A stretch of DNA of 64,000 nt from positions 21,835 through 85,834 of the forward strand of contig VGAL01000001.1 in the NCBI GenBank assembly GCA_016870715.1, given 5' to 3'. A program made the translations under genes and the position numbers. Each line of letters begins with the position of its first letter. Position 1 is the first letter of the stretch. Of this stretch, positions 12,101 to 20,448 are shown piece by piece. The notes under the pieces are model-generated. The model ran no database searches. It was given only the letters and a program-made list of their open reading frames with translations, and had not been told where the DNA came from. Source of the stretch: Actinomycetota bacterium (GTDB taxonomy: Bacteria; Actinomycetota; Actinomycetes; Nanopelagicales; Nanopelagicaceae).

Positions 12101-12698
12101 GTTCAATCTCGATTCCATGTTCCATGAGTTCCAAGAAGTAATTCTCTCTACCGAAGATGTCCTGATAGTCAGCGGCTGCCTTCTTTGCTCCTGCGTAATC
12201 TCCCATTCGCAATCGCGTTTGAATCTCACCAGCAGCACATCCGGTGGTTGCTATCAATCCATCTGAAAATTGCGAGAGAAGCTCCCGATCCATCCGGGGT
12301 TTGTAGTAATACCCTTCGAGTGATGCTAAGGATGAAAGTTTAAAAAGATTACTCATGCCACTGTTGTTGCTGGCAAGAATTGTCATATGGGTATAGGCGC
12401 CACCGCCTGAGACATCGTCCTCGCCACCCTCAGCCCACTTGACCCGCTTACGTTCATGTCGCGAACCTGGGGCGATGTATGCCTCGATTCCGATAATAGG
12501 TTTTACTCCTACTGCCTTTGCGCTTTTGTAGAACTCATAGGCGCCAAATAGATTCCCATGATCAGTGATGGCTATCGCGCGGGCATCAGGATTTTCAACC
12601 TTTGCGACCTCACCAACAAGCTCCTTGACCCGCGCTGCCCCATCGAGCATCGAGTACTCGGTGTGGACGTGGAGGTGGACGAAATCGTTGGTGCTCAC
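9177..12698 (-). CDS. dnaE: DNA polymerase III alpha subunit (replicative DnaE1)
   Basis: 1173 aa. PHP motif FVHLHVHTEYSMLDGA, catalytic MPDIDLDFDE, GVFQLDGGPMR, C-terminal OB region. Confidence 0.96.
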   Translation of the reverse strand: MSTNDFVHLHVHTEYSMLDGAARVKELVGEVAKVENPDARAIAITDHGNLFGAYEFYKSAKAVGVKPIIGIEAYIAPGSRHERKRVKWAEGGEDDVSGGGAYTHMTILASNNSGMSNLFKLSSLASLEGYYYKPRMDRELLSQFSDGLIATTGCAAGEIQTRLRMGDYAGAKKAAADYQDIFGRENYFLELMEHGIEIERRTKQDLLKLAKDLQLPLLATNDLHYTKKEDEQAHSALLCIQSGSVISDPKRFKFEGSEYYLKSASQMRELFSELPEACDNTLAIAERCEVTFREGENLLPQFPVPAGESEESWLEKEVARGLARRFPDGVPTEHLKRAAYEVQVICQMGFPGYFLVVADLVNYAEKRGIRVGPGRGSAAGAVVSYALGITGLDPIKHGLLFERFLNPERISMPDIDLDFDERHRGEMIQYATSRYGEERVAQIITYGTIKAKQAVKDATRVLGLPYIVGEKINKSLPPAVMGKDISLAGIFNPDDERYVEAGEVRSLYDSDADAKRVIDTARGLEGLKRQWGVHAAGVILSKEPLLDVIPIQRREADGSIITQFDMGACEALGLLKMDFLGLRNLTVLDDCLANININQERTFTLEELALDDKKTYELLARGETLGVFQLDGGPMRSLLRSLAPDSFEDISAVIALYRPGPMGANAHNDYADRKNGRKPVIPIHRELAEPLAKILGDTYGLIVYQEQVMAIAQKLAGFSLGGADLLRRAMGKKKKEILDKEYIPFQAGMRERGYSDNAISMLWEILVPFSDYAFNRAHSAGYGMVSYWTAYLKANYPTEYMAALLTSVRDDKDKSALYLSECRRMGIKVLPPDVNESESDYTPRGKDIRFGLAAIRNVGAGAVELIKRARESKGAFTSFGDFLAKVDGQVCNKKTLESLIKGGAFDSLGHSRRGLMAIYLEALESITETKRAEAIGQFDLFGAANESNVAHVDLDYPIDEWDKRTLLAHEREMLGLYVSDHPLLGVESFLSSISDKPISTISGEESSGSHNDEIVTIAGLITGIQRKVTRQGAAWAIFTLEDLSGAVDVMAFSNTYNQYGALMGEDVIVLVKGRVDRREETPKFILMEMSLPDLHQERKGPLVITLPLARCTPPVVERMKEVLRSHPGTTDVHLRLESATENTLLTIDEGLKVSATASLSADLKALLGPNCLT

Positions 12699-12721
12699 GG
12701 GTGGGAAATTTAGCGTCTTGC

Positions 12722-13663
12722 TCAGGACTGGCTACGTAGGCTGGCTAGAGCAGCCTCTAAATCGGCTGAATAGGCGCTGATATAGCTGCGCTCCTGGCCG
12801 TCTGCGGGATGGAGGAATGTCAGGCGATGGGCATGGAGCCACTGGCGGGTCAGGCCAAGAGACTTGGCGAAGACTGGATCGGCTCCATACATGAGATCGC
12901 CAATCAAAGGGTGGCGCAAGGCCGCGAAGTGCACTCGGATCTGGTGAGTACGACCAGTCTCTAGTTCGATTTCAACAAGAGTTGCACCAGCAAAACTTTC
13001 TAGCGTTTGGTAGTGAGTGATGCTGGGTTTCCCATCAGCAACCACAGCAAATTTAAATTCATCTCGTGGGTGGCGATCGATTGGAGCATCGATAGTCCCA
13101 CGGGTGGGGTCAGGATGTCCTTGGACTATTGCGTGGTAAGTCTTCTTCACTGTTCGCGACCGGAATTGCTCCTTAAGCGAGAGATAAGCGCGATCAGATT
13201 TTGCTACCACCATCAAGCCAGAGGTTCCCACATCCAAGCGATGAACGATTCCGGCACGCTCCGGTGGCGCTAAATGCGAGAGCGTTATTCCTCGTGCCAT
13301 CAATATGCCGACAACTGTGGGCCCACTCCATCCAACGCTCGGATGTGCTGCAACTCCCAGAGGTTTGTCGATGACAAGCACATCATCATCCGAGTAGATA
13401 ATCTGTAACTCGTCGAGATCAACAACCTCGATCTTTGCTCCCCGATCTACCTCTTGGACAATTTCGATTTCAATAAGATCACCTGCTCCAAGTCGTGCCG
13501 ACTTATCTACTGGTTTTCCATTAACGAGGATATTCCCCCGCTCTGCAGCAGTTGCAATCATCGTTCGCGAAAATCCCAGAGCACGTGCTAGGGCGACATC
13601 AACTCGTTCTCCGTCTAGCCCTTCAGGTATCTCAAGAGTGCGAATCGCACCTGTTTGGCTCAC
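12722..13663 (-). CDS. rluD: RluA-family 23S rRNA pseudouridine synthase (RluD-like)
   Basis: 313 aa with an N-terminal S4-like region and HRLDVGTSGLMVVAKS. GTGA overlap with the lspA stop. Confidence 0.9.
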   Translation of the reverse strand: MSQTGAIRTLEIPEGLDGERVDVALARALGFSRTMIATAAERGNILVNGKPVDKSARLGAGDLIEIEIVQEVDRGAKIEVVDLDELQIIYSDDDVLVIDKPLGVAAHPSVGWSGPTVVGILMARGITLSHLAPPERAGIVHRLDVGTSGLMVVAKSDRAYLSLKEQFRSRTVKKTYHAIVQGHPDPTRGTIDAPIDRHPRDEFKFAVVADGKPSITHYQTLESFAGATLVEIELETGRTHQIRVHFAALRHPLIGDLMYGADPVFAKSLGLTRQWLHAHRLTFLHPADGQERSYISAYSADLEAALASLRSQS

Positions 13664-14142
13664 GGTGCCACGCCCCGAAAAGTACTCCCGCGCAACGAGA
13701 GAATTGCCATCGTGATAACCGAGAGGACGATCGCGCTATCTGCAATATTAAAGAGCGCCCAATTCGGCAGACCAATCCAATCAACGACATGGCCTTGAAA
13801 TGGAGCAGGATCTCGGAAGATTCGGTCGGTGAGATTGCCAAGAACACCGCCAATGAGTCCGCCCCATGGATAGCTCCATGCTTTTACCGAAACTTGAGCC
13901 GCTCGCAATGCGAGATAAAGAAGTACAGCAACGCTGATTAGGGTGAGGGCGAAGGTAGCGCCCGTAAATGAGCTGAAGGCTGCCCCAGAATTTCGAGCGA
14001 ACTCCCAACGAAGGAATTTTCCAATCACGTACTGAGTTGGCTTACCCTCAAGAGTCTCCACAGCCCATATTTTGGTGAGGAGATCGAGTGAATAAACGGC
14101 GAGCGCAACGCTGAGAATAATTCGCCAATGTGAGGTGGGAAT
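13660..14142 (-). CDS. lspA: lipoprotein signal peptidase II; 5' boundary uncertain, probable non-canonical ATT start at 14142
   Basis: The ORF-track version (GTG at 14061) lacks TM1. The same frame stays open upstream and reads IPTSHWRIILSVALAVYSLDLLTKIWAVETLEG, a typical LspA N-terminus. That extension has no ATG/GTG/TTG. Motifs FARNSGAAFS and FNIADSAI are present. Confidence 0.85.
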   Translation of the reverse strand: MPTSHWRIILSVALAVYSLDLLTKIWAVETLEGKPTQYVIGKFLRWEFARNSGAAFSSFTGATFALTLISVAVLLYLALRAAQVSVKAWSYPWGGLIGGVLGNLTDRIFRDPAPFQGHVVDWIGLPNWALFNIADSAIVLSVITMAILSLRGSTFRGVAP

Positions 14143-14999
14143 TAGCGACGCTCCTCTTTCTGTTTGCAGAGCATGCAGAGGGTTGCACGTGGAAAGACTT
14201 GAAGACGCGCTTTGCCGATTGGATTTCCACAGATTTCACATTTGGTGTACGTGCCAGAGGCAATCCTTGCCAAAGCTAATTCCGTCTGCAGAACTAAATC
14301 TTGTGCGTTGTACACCAACGAGAGTTCATGCTCGCGTTCAAAGGTTTTCGTACCAGCATCTGCTTGATCGTCTCCAGCCCCATCACTGGAGTCCTGAAGG
14401 AGTTCGGCAGCTTGCGCCTCTGCGGCAGCAAGCTCTTGTTTGTACGTAGCGAGATCCTTGGTCAGTCGAGCCTTCATCTCCTTTAATTCATCTTTGCTCC
14501 ACGGATTCTCGGCACCGGCAACGACAAGTGGGGTAGGGATATCTCGAAGGGGTTTGAGCGCATGCTTGCTCTTTCGCTCCACTTTAGGAGGCGGCGGAAG
14601 TAATAATCGTCGTTGGAAGCCATCATCCTTAGCGCTAGTGGAGCTACTTGAAGTAGCAGCGCTTGATGAAGAGGCGCTCGCAGCTGGCGCATTCGCAGCA
14701 ACTGGAGCCGCCTTTTTGGGAAATGGCCGCCCCTTCGCTCCCGAGTGCGCGCCCTTCTCCGCTTTCTTGATTGGTTTCTTGATTGGTTTCTTGATTGGTT
14801 TCTTGATTGGTTTCTTGATTGGTTTCTTGACTGGAGCTTTTTTGGCAGGAACCTTCTTCGCTATTTTTTTAGCGGGAGCTTTCTTGGCCGGTTTCTTGAC
14901 TGGTTTCTTGGCTAGTTTTTTAACGGGCACCTTCTTGGCTGGAGCTTTTTTGGCAGGCTTAGCGGCCGGTTTTTTTGCCGGTTTTTTTGCAGGTGCCAT
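14142..14999 (-). CDS. histone-H1-like Lys/Ala/Pro tail fused to a DksA/TraR C4 zinc-finger domain (DdbA-like)
   Basis: N-terminal PAKK/KKPI repeats, a Ser/Ala linker, a coiled-coil, then C-terminal CEICGNPIGKARLQVFPRATLCMLCKQ. I place the start at ATG 14999 (MAPAKKP). The ORF-track start at 15053 would overlap the divergent ileS start. Confidence 0.8.
   Translation of the reverse strand: MAPAKKPAKKPAAKPAKKAPAKKVPVKKLAKKPVKKPAKKAPAKKIAKKVPAKKAPVKKPIKKPIKKPIKKPIKKPIKKAEKGAHSGAKGRPFPKKAAPVAANAPAASASSSSAATSSSSTSAKDDGFQRRLLLPPPPKVERKSKHALKPLRDIPTPLVVAGAENPWSKDELKEMKARLTKDLATYKQELAAAEAQAAELLQDSSDGAGDDQADAGTKTFEREHELSLVYNAQDLVLQTELALARIASGTYTKCEICGNPIGKARLQVFPRATLCMLCKQKEERR
14765..14824. repeat. 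perfect 12-bp tandem repeat x5 (tcttgattggtt) inside the histone-like tail
   Basis: Direct reading: five identical units plus degenerate flanking copies. Encodes (KKPI)x5 on the minus strand. Confidence 0.95.
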
Positions 15000-15051
15000 G
15001 GCGGAGAAGGGTAGCCCCTTTTCTGAGAGTGCGGGGTAAACTGCGCCCCTC

Positions 15052-18000
15052 ATGAGTCAGATGTCGGGTACCTACCGCGCCCTGCCTACGCAGGTCGACC
15101 TACCTGCCATGGAGCGAGAGATTCTCGCCTTTTGGAACCACTCCCAGATTTTCGAAAAGAGTATCGCCGCACGTAGTGGCGCCCAGCCATGGACCTTCTA
15201 TGAGGGCCCGCCGACGGCAAATGGATTACCGGGGACCCATCACATCGAGGCGCGGGTCTTCAAAGATCTCTTTCCTCGGTATCACACGATGAAGGGCAGA
15301 TATGTGCCGCGACGAGCTGGATGGGATTGCCATGGCCTACCGGTGGAGCTGGCCGTTGAAAAAGAATTAGGTTTTACCGGAAAGCAAGATATCGAGAAGT
15401 TTGGCGTAGCCGCCTTCAATCAAAAATGTCGAGAGTCGGTTTTGCGCCATGTCGATGCTTTTACCGAGATGACCGAGCGAATGGGTTTCTGGGTCGACTT
15501 CGATCAGGCGTATTGGACGATGTCGAGCGAATATGTAGCGAGCGTGTGGTGGTCGCTTGCTCAGATTTGGAAGAAAGGGCTTCTTGTCCAAGATCATCGC
15601 GTCGCACCGTATTGCCCTCGTTGCGGAACTGGACTATCCGATCACGAACTTGCCCAAGGCTATGAGAACATCACAGACCCCTCGGTCTATGTGAAGTTCC
15701 CCATCACCTCAGGTCCGCTCCAAGAGGTTGGCGCATCATTTTTAGTCTGGACCACAACCCCATGGACATTAGTCTCCAATACCGCAATCGCAGTGCACCC
15801 TGATGTCACCTACCTGCTTGCCGAGAACGGTGAAGGCGAACGATTAGTTGTTGCGGAAGATTTACTCTCATCGCTTGGAGAAGGATTTACCGTTACCAAG
15901 AAATTCATTGGTAGCGAGTTAGAACATACGAAATATCAGAGACCATTCGAATGGCTAGAGATTCCAGATGCACATTTTGTAGTACTTGCAGAGTACGTCA
16001 CCACCACAGATGGCACTGGATTAGTCCATCAATCCCCCGCTTTTGGCGCCGACGATTTGCAGGTTTGTCGTAAGTACAACCTTCCCGTGGTCAATCCGAT
16101 TCGTGGTGATGGCACCTTCGACACGACACTTCCCTTAATTGCTGGGGCATTCTTCAAAGATGCTGATAAACCTCTGGTACGCGAGTTGAAATCACGCGGG
16201 CTGCTCTTCAAGCAACAGAGCTATGACCACTCCTATCCGCACTGTTGGCGCTGCCACACGCCATTGATGTATTACGCGCAACCTTCGTGGTACATCAGAA
16301 CTACCGCGATAAAAGAGGCGCTCTTAAAGGAGAATGCAAAGACTGATTGGCATCCATCAACAATCAAGAGTGGACGCTATGGAGATTGGTTAGAAAATAA
16401 TATCGATTGGGCCTTGTCGCGAAATCGATATTGGGGAACACCGCTTCCTATTTGGCGATGCGAAAATGACCATCCAGAGAATATGGTCTGTGTGGAATCT
16501 CTCGCCGAACTCTCAACATTGGCTAAAGAGGATTACTCGCAACTAGATCCCCATCGTCCCTTCGTCGATGACGTCACAATCGTCTGCTCGCAATGCTCAG
16601 GAACGATGCGGCGGGTGCCCGAAGTCATCGATTGCTGGTATGACTCCGGTGCAATGCCATTTGCTCAACTTGGATATCCGCATAGACCAGGGTCAGAAGA
16701 AGTATTCGCGGAGACATATCCTGCGGATTTCATATGCGAGGCGATTGATCAAACTCGTGGTTGGTTCTATACGCTGATGACAATTGGGACATTGGTCTTT
16801 GATAAATCCTCTTATAAAACTGTTCTATGTCTCGGACACATCCTGGATAAGGATGGACGAAAGATGAGCAAGCATTTGGGTAATGTGTTGGAGCCGATGC
16901 CGCTCATGGATCGACATGGCGCTGATGCCGTTCGCTGGTTCATGCTTGCTGCCGGTTCTCCCTGGGCAGCGCGTCGCGTTGGACATGATGCGATCACCGA
17001 AGTTATTAGAAAATCCCTCCTCACATATTGGAATACCGTCTCATTCCTTACTCTCTACGGGAGCGTTGCACAATTCACTCCAACCGGAACGCTGACCCTT
17101 GAGCACTCTCTCGATCGCTGGATCATCGCCCAGCTCAACGAGACAATTGGCATTGTGGATTCGGCTTTGAGCAACTTCGATTCACAAGAGGCTGGACGGG
17201 CGCTCTCCACTTTTATCGATGACCTCTCAAATTGGTACGTGCGCCGCTCCCGTCGACGTTTCTGGGATGGCGAATCGGCTGCGCTGGAAACCCTTCACCA
17301 TTGCATCGAGAAGCTCACTCTTCTTATGGCGCCAATGGTCCCCTTCATCACTGAACAGGTCTGGCAACAAGCCCTCCGGCCAGTAGATAGTTCGCTACCG
17401 GAATCGGTTCATCTTGCCGACTTCCCACGCGTTGACCCCTCACGAATCGATAGCGAACTTCTAAAGAAGGTCGAAACAACTCGCCAGATTGTTGAATTAG
17501 GTCGGGCAGCTCGCTCAACTTCGCAGGTAAAGATCCGCCAACCGCTCGGTCGAGCGCTTGTTGCAGGGTATGCGCTCCTTGATAAGGAGCTCCAAGAGCA
17601 GATCTCCGAAGAGCTCAATGTCCACCTAATCGAAGATATCTCTCAAGTGGGCGCAGACTTGGTGACCTATTCAGTGAAGGCAAACTTCCGAAGTTTGGGA
17701 GCAAAGTACGGCGCTTCGGTGCAAGAGGTGGCAAAGTTGATCGCGGCGGCTAACCCGGGTGAATTGGTTCGTGTCGTGCGCGCAGGTACAGGAGTGGCAA
17801 AGCTTTCCACAACCTTTGAGATCACCGCTGATGACCTTGTCATCACCGAGACACCGAAATCAGGATGGGCTGTTGCCACCCATGATGGCACTTCGGTGGC
17901 TCTTGACCTGACCTTGACTCCAGAATTGATCACCGAGGGCTACGTGCGAGAAATCATTCGAGTGATTCAAGAAGATCGGAAACGAAATGGTTTTCATGTC

Positions 18001-18183
18001 TCAGATCGAATCTACGTATCATGGAATGGCGACAGCGAAATTACTAAAGCATTCCAACTCAGTAGTGCAGAAATCGCAGCAGAGGTACTCGCGCTGGAAA
18101 TTTCCCATAACTCACAACTCAAACTGCCGGAACGAGAATCTGACGATGAGCTCTCGTTTGTTGTGGAGTTGCGTAAGGCTTGA
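15052..18183 (+). CDS. ileS: isoleucine--tRNA ligase (long, type 2)
   Basis: 1043 aa with PTANGLPGTHH (HIGH-type) and KMSKHLGN (KMSKS). Confidence 0.96.
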   Translation: MSQMSGTYRALPTQVDLPAMEREILAFWNHSQIFEKSIAARSGAQPWTFYEGPPTANGLPGTHHIEARVFKDLFPRYHTMKGRYVPRRAGWDCHGLPVELAVEKELGFTGKQDIEKFGVAAFNQKCRESVLRHVDAFTEMTERMGFWVDFDQAYWTMSSEYVASVWWSLAQIWKKGLLVQDHRVAPYCPRCGTGLSDHELAQGYENITDPSVYVKFPITSGPLQEVGASFLVWTTTPWTLVSNTAIAVHPDVTYLLAENGEGERLVVAEDLLSSLGEGFTVTKKFIGSELEHTKYQRPFEWLEIPDAHFVVLAEYVTTTDGTGLVHQSPAFGADDLQVCRKYNLPVVNPIRGDGTFDTTLPLIAGAFFKDADKPLVRELKSRGLLFKQQSYDHSYPHCWRCHTPLMYYAQPSWYIRTTAIKEALLKENAKTDWHPSTIKSGRYGDWLENNIDWALSRNRYWGTPLPIWRCENDHPENMVCVESLAELSTLAKEDYSQLDPHRPFVDDVTIVCSQCSGTMRRVPEVIDCWYDSGAMPFAQLGYPHRPGSEEVFAETYPADFICEAIDQTRGWFYTLMTIGTLVFDKSSYKTVLCLGHILDKDGRKMSKHLGNVLEPMPLMDRHGADAVRWFMLAAGSPWAARRVGHDAITEVIRKSLLTYWNTVSFLTLYGSVAQFTPTGTLTLEHSLDRWIIAQLNETIGIVDSALSNFDSQEAGRALSTFIDDLSNWYVRRSRRRFWDGESAALETLHHCIEKLTLLMAPMVPFITEQVWQQALRPVDSSLPESVHLADFPRVDPSRIDSELLKKVETTRQIVELGRAARSTSQVKIRQPLGRALVAGYALLDKELQEQISEELNVHLIEDISQVGADLVTYSVKANFRSLGAKYGASVQEVAKLIAAANPGELVRVVRAGTGVAKLSTTFEITADDLVITETPKSGWAVATHDGTSVALDLTLTPELITEGYVREIIRVIQEDRKRNGFHVSDRIYVSWNGDSEITKAFQLSSAEIAAEVLALEISHNSQLKLPERESDDELSFVVELRKA

Positions 18184-18184
18184 T

Positions 18185-18469
18185 TTAGAGCAAGCGTGCA
18201 AAGGGAATGAGTAGCGAAGCTAGAAGAAAGACGGCGATATACGCCAAGTCGAAACTGACCGCACCCATGCGAATTGGTGGAATAAATCGACGAGCAAAAT
18301 TTAAGGGCGGATCTGTAATCGCATAGATCAACTCGACCAGGGCAAGCGCTACTCCCTTAGGTCGCCAATTACGCGCAAACATTCTCACGTAGTCAAAAAT
18401 CAAACGACCAATAAGTATGTAAATAAATAATTGAAGAATAGTTGCGAGCAAGGACCCTATGACGCTCAT
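18185..18469 (-). CDS. YggT-family membrane protein
   Basis: 94 aa with two TM segments. Conserved position downstream of sepF. Confidence 0.85.
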   Translation of the reverse strand: MSVIGSLLATILQLFIYILIGRLIFDYVRMFARNWRPKGVALALVELIYAITDPPLNFARRFIPPIRMGAVSFDLAYIAVFLLASLLIPFARLL

Positions 18470-18478
18470 GGAGCGATA

Positions 18479-19003
18479 TTAACTCTGATTGAAGAAGCTT
18501 GCCTCAGCTGCGGCGAACTTATCCTCAGCACTTACCTTCACATTAGGCGGGGAGAGTAAGAAGACCTTGGCTGTGACTTTCTCAATGGAGCCGCGATGGC
18601 CAAAGACTAACCCGGCTGCAAAATCAACGAGGCGTTTTGCATCAGCGTCATCCATGCCAGTGAGATTCATAATCACTGGAGTATGGTCACGAAAATGTTC
18701 ACCAATCATTCGCGCATCGTTGTAGCTATGGGGATGAAGGGTGATGATGCGATCCAAAACCGGCTCTTCACGGTAGACCGGAGTTACGCTCTCGACTGAT
18801 TTGAAGCGTTGTGCTGGCTCTGAAACCGGACGAACTGCTGGAGCAATCTCCTCTTGAGAACGTGAGAAGAAACGGCTTGCACCGCTCCTCGAAGTTGAAG
18901 CAACAGGAGTAGCAGGAGCTACTGGAGTTGCCGGAGTGACTTCATCTGCGCCGTCATCGACGAGACCAAGATAGAGCGCGACTTTACGAAGTGGGCTAGA
19001 CAT
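18479..19003 (-). CDS. sepF: cell division protein SepF
   Basis: 174 aa. N-terminal amphipathic MSSPLRKVALYLGL, Pro/Thr-rich linker, C-terminal DARMIGEHFRDHTPVIMNL core. Confidence 0.92.
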   Translation of the reverse strand: MSSPLRKVALYLGLVDDGADEVTPATPVAPATPVASTSRSGASRFFSRSQEEIAPAVRPVSEPAQRFKSVESVTPVYREEPVLDRIITLHPHSYNDARMIGEHFRDHTPVIMNLTGMDDADAKRLVDFAAGLVFGHRGSIEKVTAKVFLLSPPNVKVSAEDKFAAAEASFFNQS

Positions 19004-19026
19004 AATGTATAAAGTTACCGGTCGCG

Positions 19027-19758
19027 CTAGCGAGAACCGAGGATTGACGAGCCAATCCGAAGATGTGTCGCACCGGCGAGAATTGCCTCATGGAAGTCCC
19101 CACTCATCCCCGCTGAGAGAATCTTCATTCCAGATTCACTCCCAGATTCACTCCCAGATCCAATCCCAGCAAAAATCTCAGCTAGACGAGAAAAGGCCTC
19201 AGCAGGTGAGTTATTGAGGGGGGCCACCCCCATCACGCCCGCCAGAGTGATTCCCCGGAGCTGACTCTTCTCGCGCTCGAAGGTAGCAAGGATCTCGCGC
19301 GCTCCCGCTACATCAGTTCCACCTCGACCAGCGGTGGGGTACTCATCCAGAGAAATCTGAATCAGGCACTGGATATGGCGCCCATTTTTAACCGCCCCTT
19401 CGGAGAGCCCTTTCAAGTATTTCTTATCATCGACAGAGTGGACCATGTGAGCCCAGGAACTTATTGATGCCAACTTATTTCGTTGCAGTTGTCCCTGAAA
19501 ATGCCATCTCATGCTCTCGAATTGATGGTGAGAGGACTCCTGGAAATATCGAACTTTCTCTCGCGCCTCTTGGTCACGATTCTCGCCGAACTCCCTAATC
19601 CCCAAATCATAAAGTATCTCGATATCGCTCACTGGAAAATTCTTAGTCACTGCTATCAACGTGATCTCTGATCGTTCGCGCCCTGAAAGTTCCAGAGCCT
19701 GATCAATCTCTTCTTCAACGCGTGAGAGATTGCGAGATATCTCTTGGCTACGAACCAT
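19027..19758 (-). CDS. YggS-family pyridoxal-phosphate homeostasis protein
   Basis: 243 aa with TLIAVTKNFPV (PLP-lysine). dcw-cluster position. Carries a GSGSESGSESG insert. Confidence 0.9.
   Translation of the reverse strand: MVRSQEISRNLSRVEEEIDQALELSGRERSEITLIAVTKNFPVSDIEILYDLGIREFGENRDQEAREKVRYFQESSHHQFESMRWHFQGQLQRNKLASISSWAHMVHSVDDKKYLKGLSEGAVKNGRHIQCLIQISLDEYPTAGRGGTDVAGAREILATFEREKSQLRGITLAGVMGVAPLNNSPAEAFSRLAEIFAGIGSGSESGSESGMKILSAGMSGDFHEAILAGATHLRIGSSILGSR
19131..19166. repeat. 12-bp tandem repeat x3 (cagattcactcc, third copy degenerate) within yggS
   Basis: Direct reading. Encodes the GSGSESGSESG low-complexity insert. Confidence 0.85.
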
Positions 19759-20425
19759 GGATCACCACTCCTGCTTGACGACCAGTTCTGCCCTCGCGCC
19801 GATATGAGAAATGTTCATTACTTTCGAAGGTGCAGGTTCCATTCCACTGCGCAGCGATCAAGCGATTGCCGCTCTGCTCATGGAGAATTTTCAGTATTGA
19901 GCGCGGGATGTCCAGAGTCTGCGCTCCCGTAACGAAGCCGCGCTCTTGCGCTTGAGAGAGAAGATCCTCGCCTATCCGATAACACTCCCCACATATCGTG
20001 GCTCCAATAGATGCAGAAAATCGCTCCTCTGCAAATCTCTCGAGCACCTTCTCGACTATTCCGCTAAAGAGCCCTCGCCATCCGACATGAACTGCTGCAG
20101 ATGCGCGCTCTCCGCGGATAAGTAAGGGTGCGCAATCTGCAACCAACACCGCAAGTGCAGTCTGTGGAGTGGAGGTGACCAGCGCATCGCAGGTGCGAAT
20201 CTTTCGGTGGTCGCTTGCTTCATCAACGATCTGAATTTCAACTCCATGGTTCTGCTCCATAAAGAAGAGCCTCTCCGAAGCTATCGAAAGTTCATGAGCT
20301 AAATCCTCACGATTCTGCCGTACCAGTTCCGGATCATCCCCCACATGAAGTGCGAGATTTCGCGATCCATAGGGCGCGCCACTTTTTCCACCAGAGCGCG
20401 AAGTGAAGATTGCTCGACTCTCCAC
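19748..20425 (-). CDS. pgeF: YfiH/PgeF-family (laccase-domain) protein
   Basis: 225 aa with DALVTSTPQTALAVLVADCAPLL. Immediately downstream of ftsZ. Confidence 0.88.
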   Translation of the reverse strand: MESRAIFTSRSGGKSGAPYGSRNLALHVGDDPELVRQNREDLAHELSIASERLFFMEQNHGVEIQIVDEASDHRKIRTCDALVTSTPQTALAVLVADCAPLLIRGERASAAVHVGWRGLFSGIVEKVLERFAEERFSASIGATICGECYRIGEDLLSQAQERGFVTGAQTLDIPRSILKILHEQSGNRLIAAQWNGTCTFESNEHFSYRREGRTGRQAGVVIHGS

Positions 20426-20448
20426 CTGCAGTGGGCTCCTAACGTGAA

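Noticed and set aside
14765-14824. Short tandem arrays (also 19131-19166, 34611-34640, 41579-41614, 43466-43513) considered as CRISPR-like or mobile-element repeats
   Set aside because: The units are 9-12 bp, contiguous and without spacers. No cas genes, inverted terminal repeats or transposase genes are present anywhere in the window.
14440-15039. 199-aa plus-strand ORF with striking FLIGFLIGFLIG repeats
   Set aside because: It is the antisense shadow of the Lys-rich repeat region of the ddbA-like gene. It has no RBS, and the minus-strand product has a recognisable C-terminal DksA finger.
14880-15051. Looked for an ileS T-box leader, as known for actinobacterial ileS
   Set aside because: Only about 52 nt separate the ddbA-like ATG from the ileS ATG. 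I see two small hairpins but no T-box sequence (GGUGGUACCGCG-like) or specifier-loop architecture.
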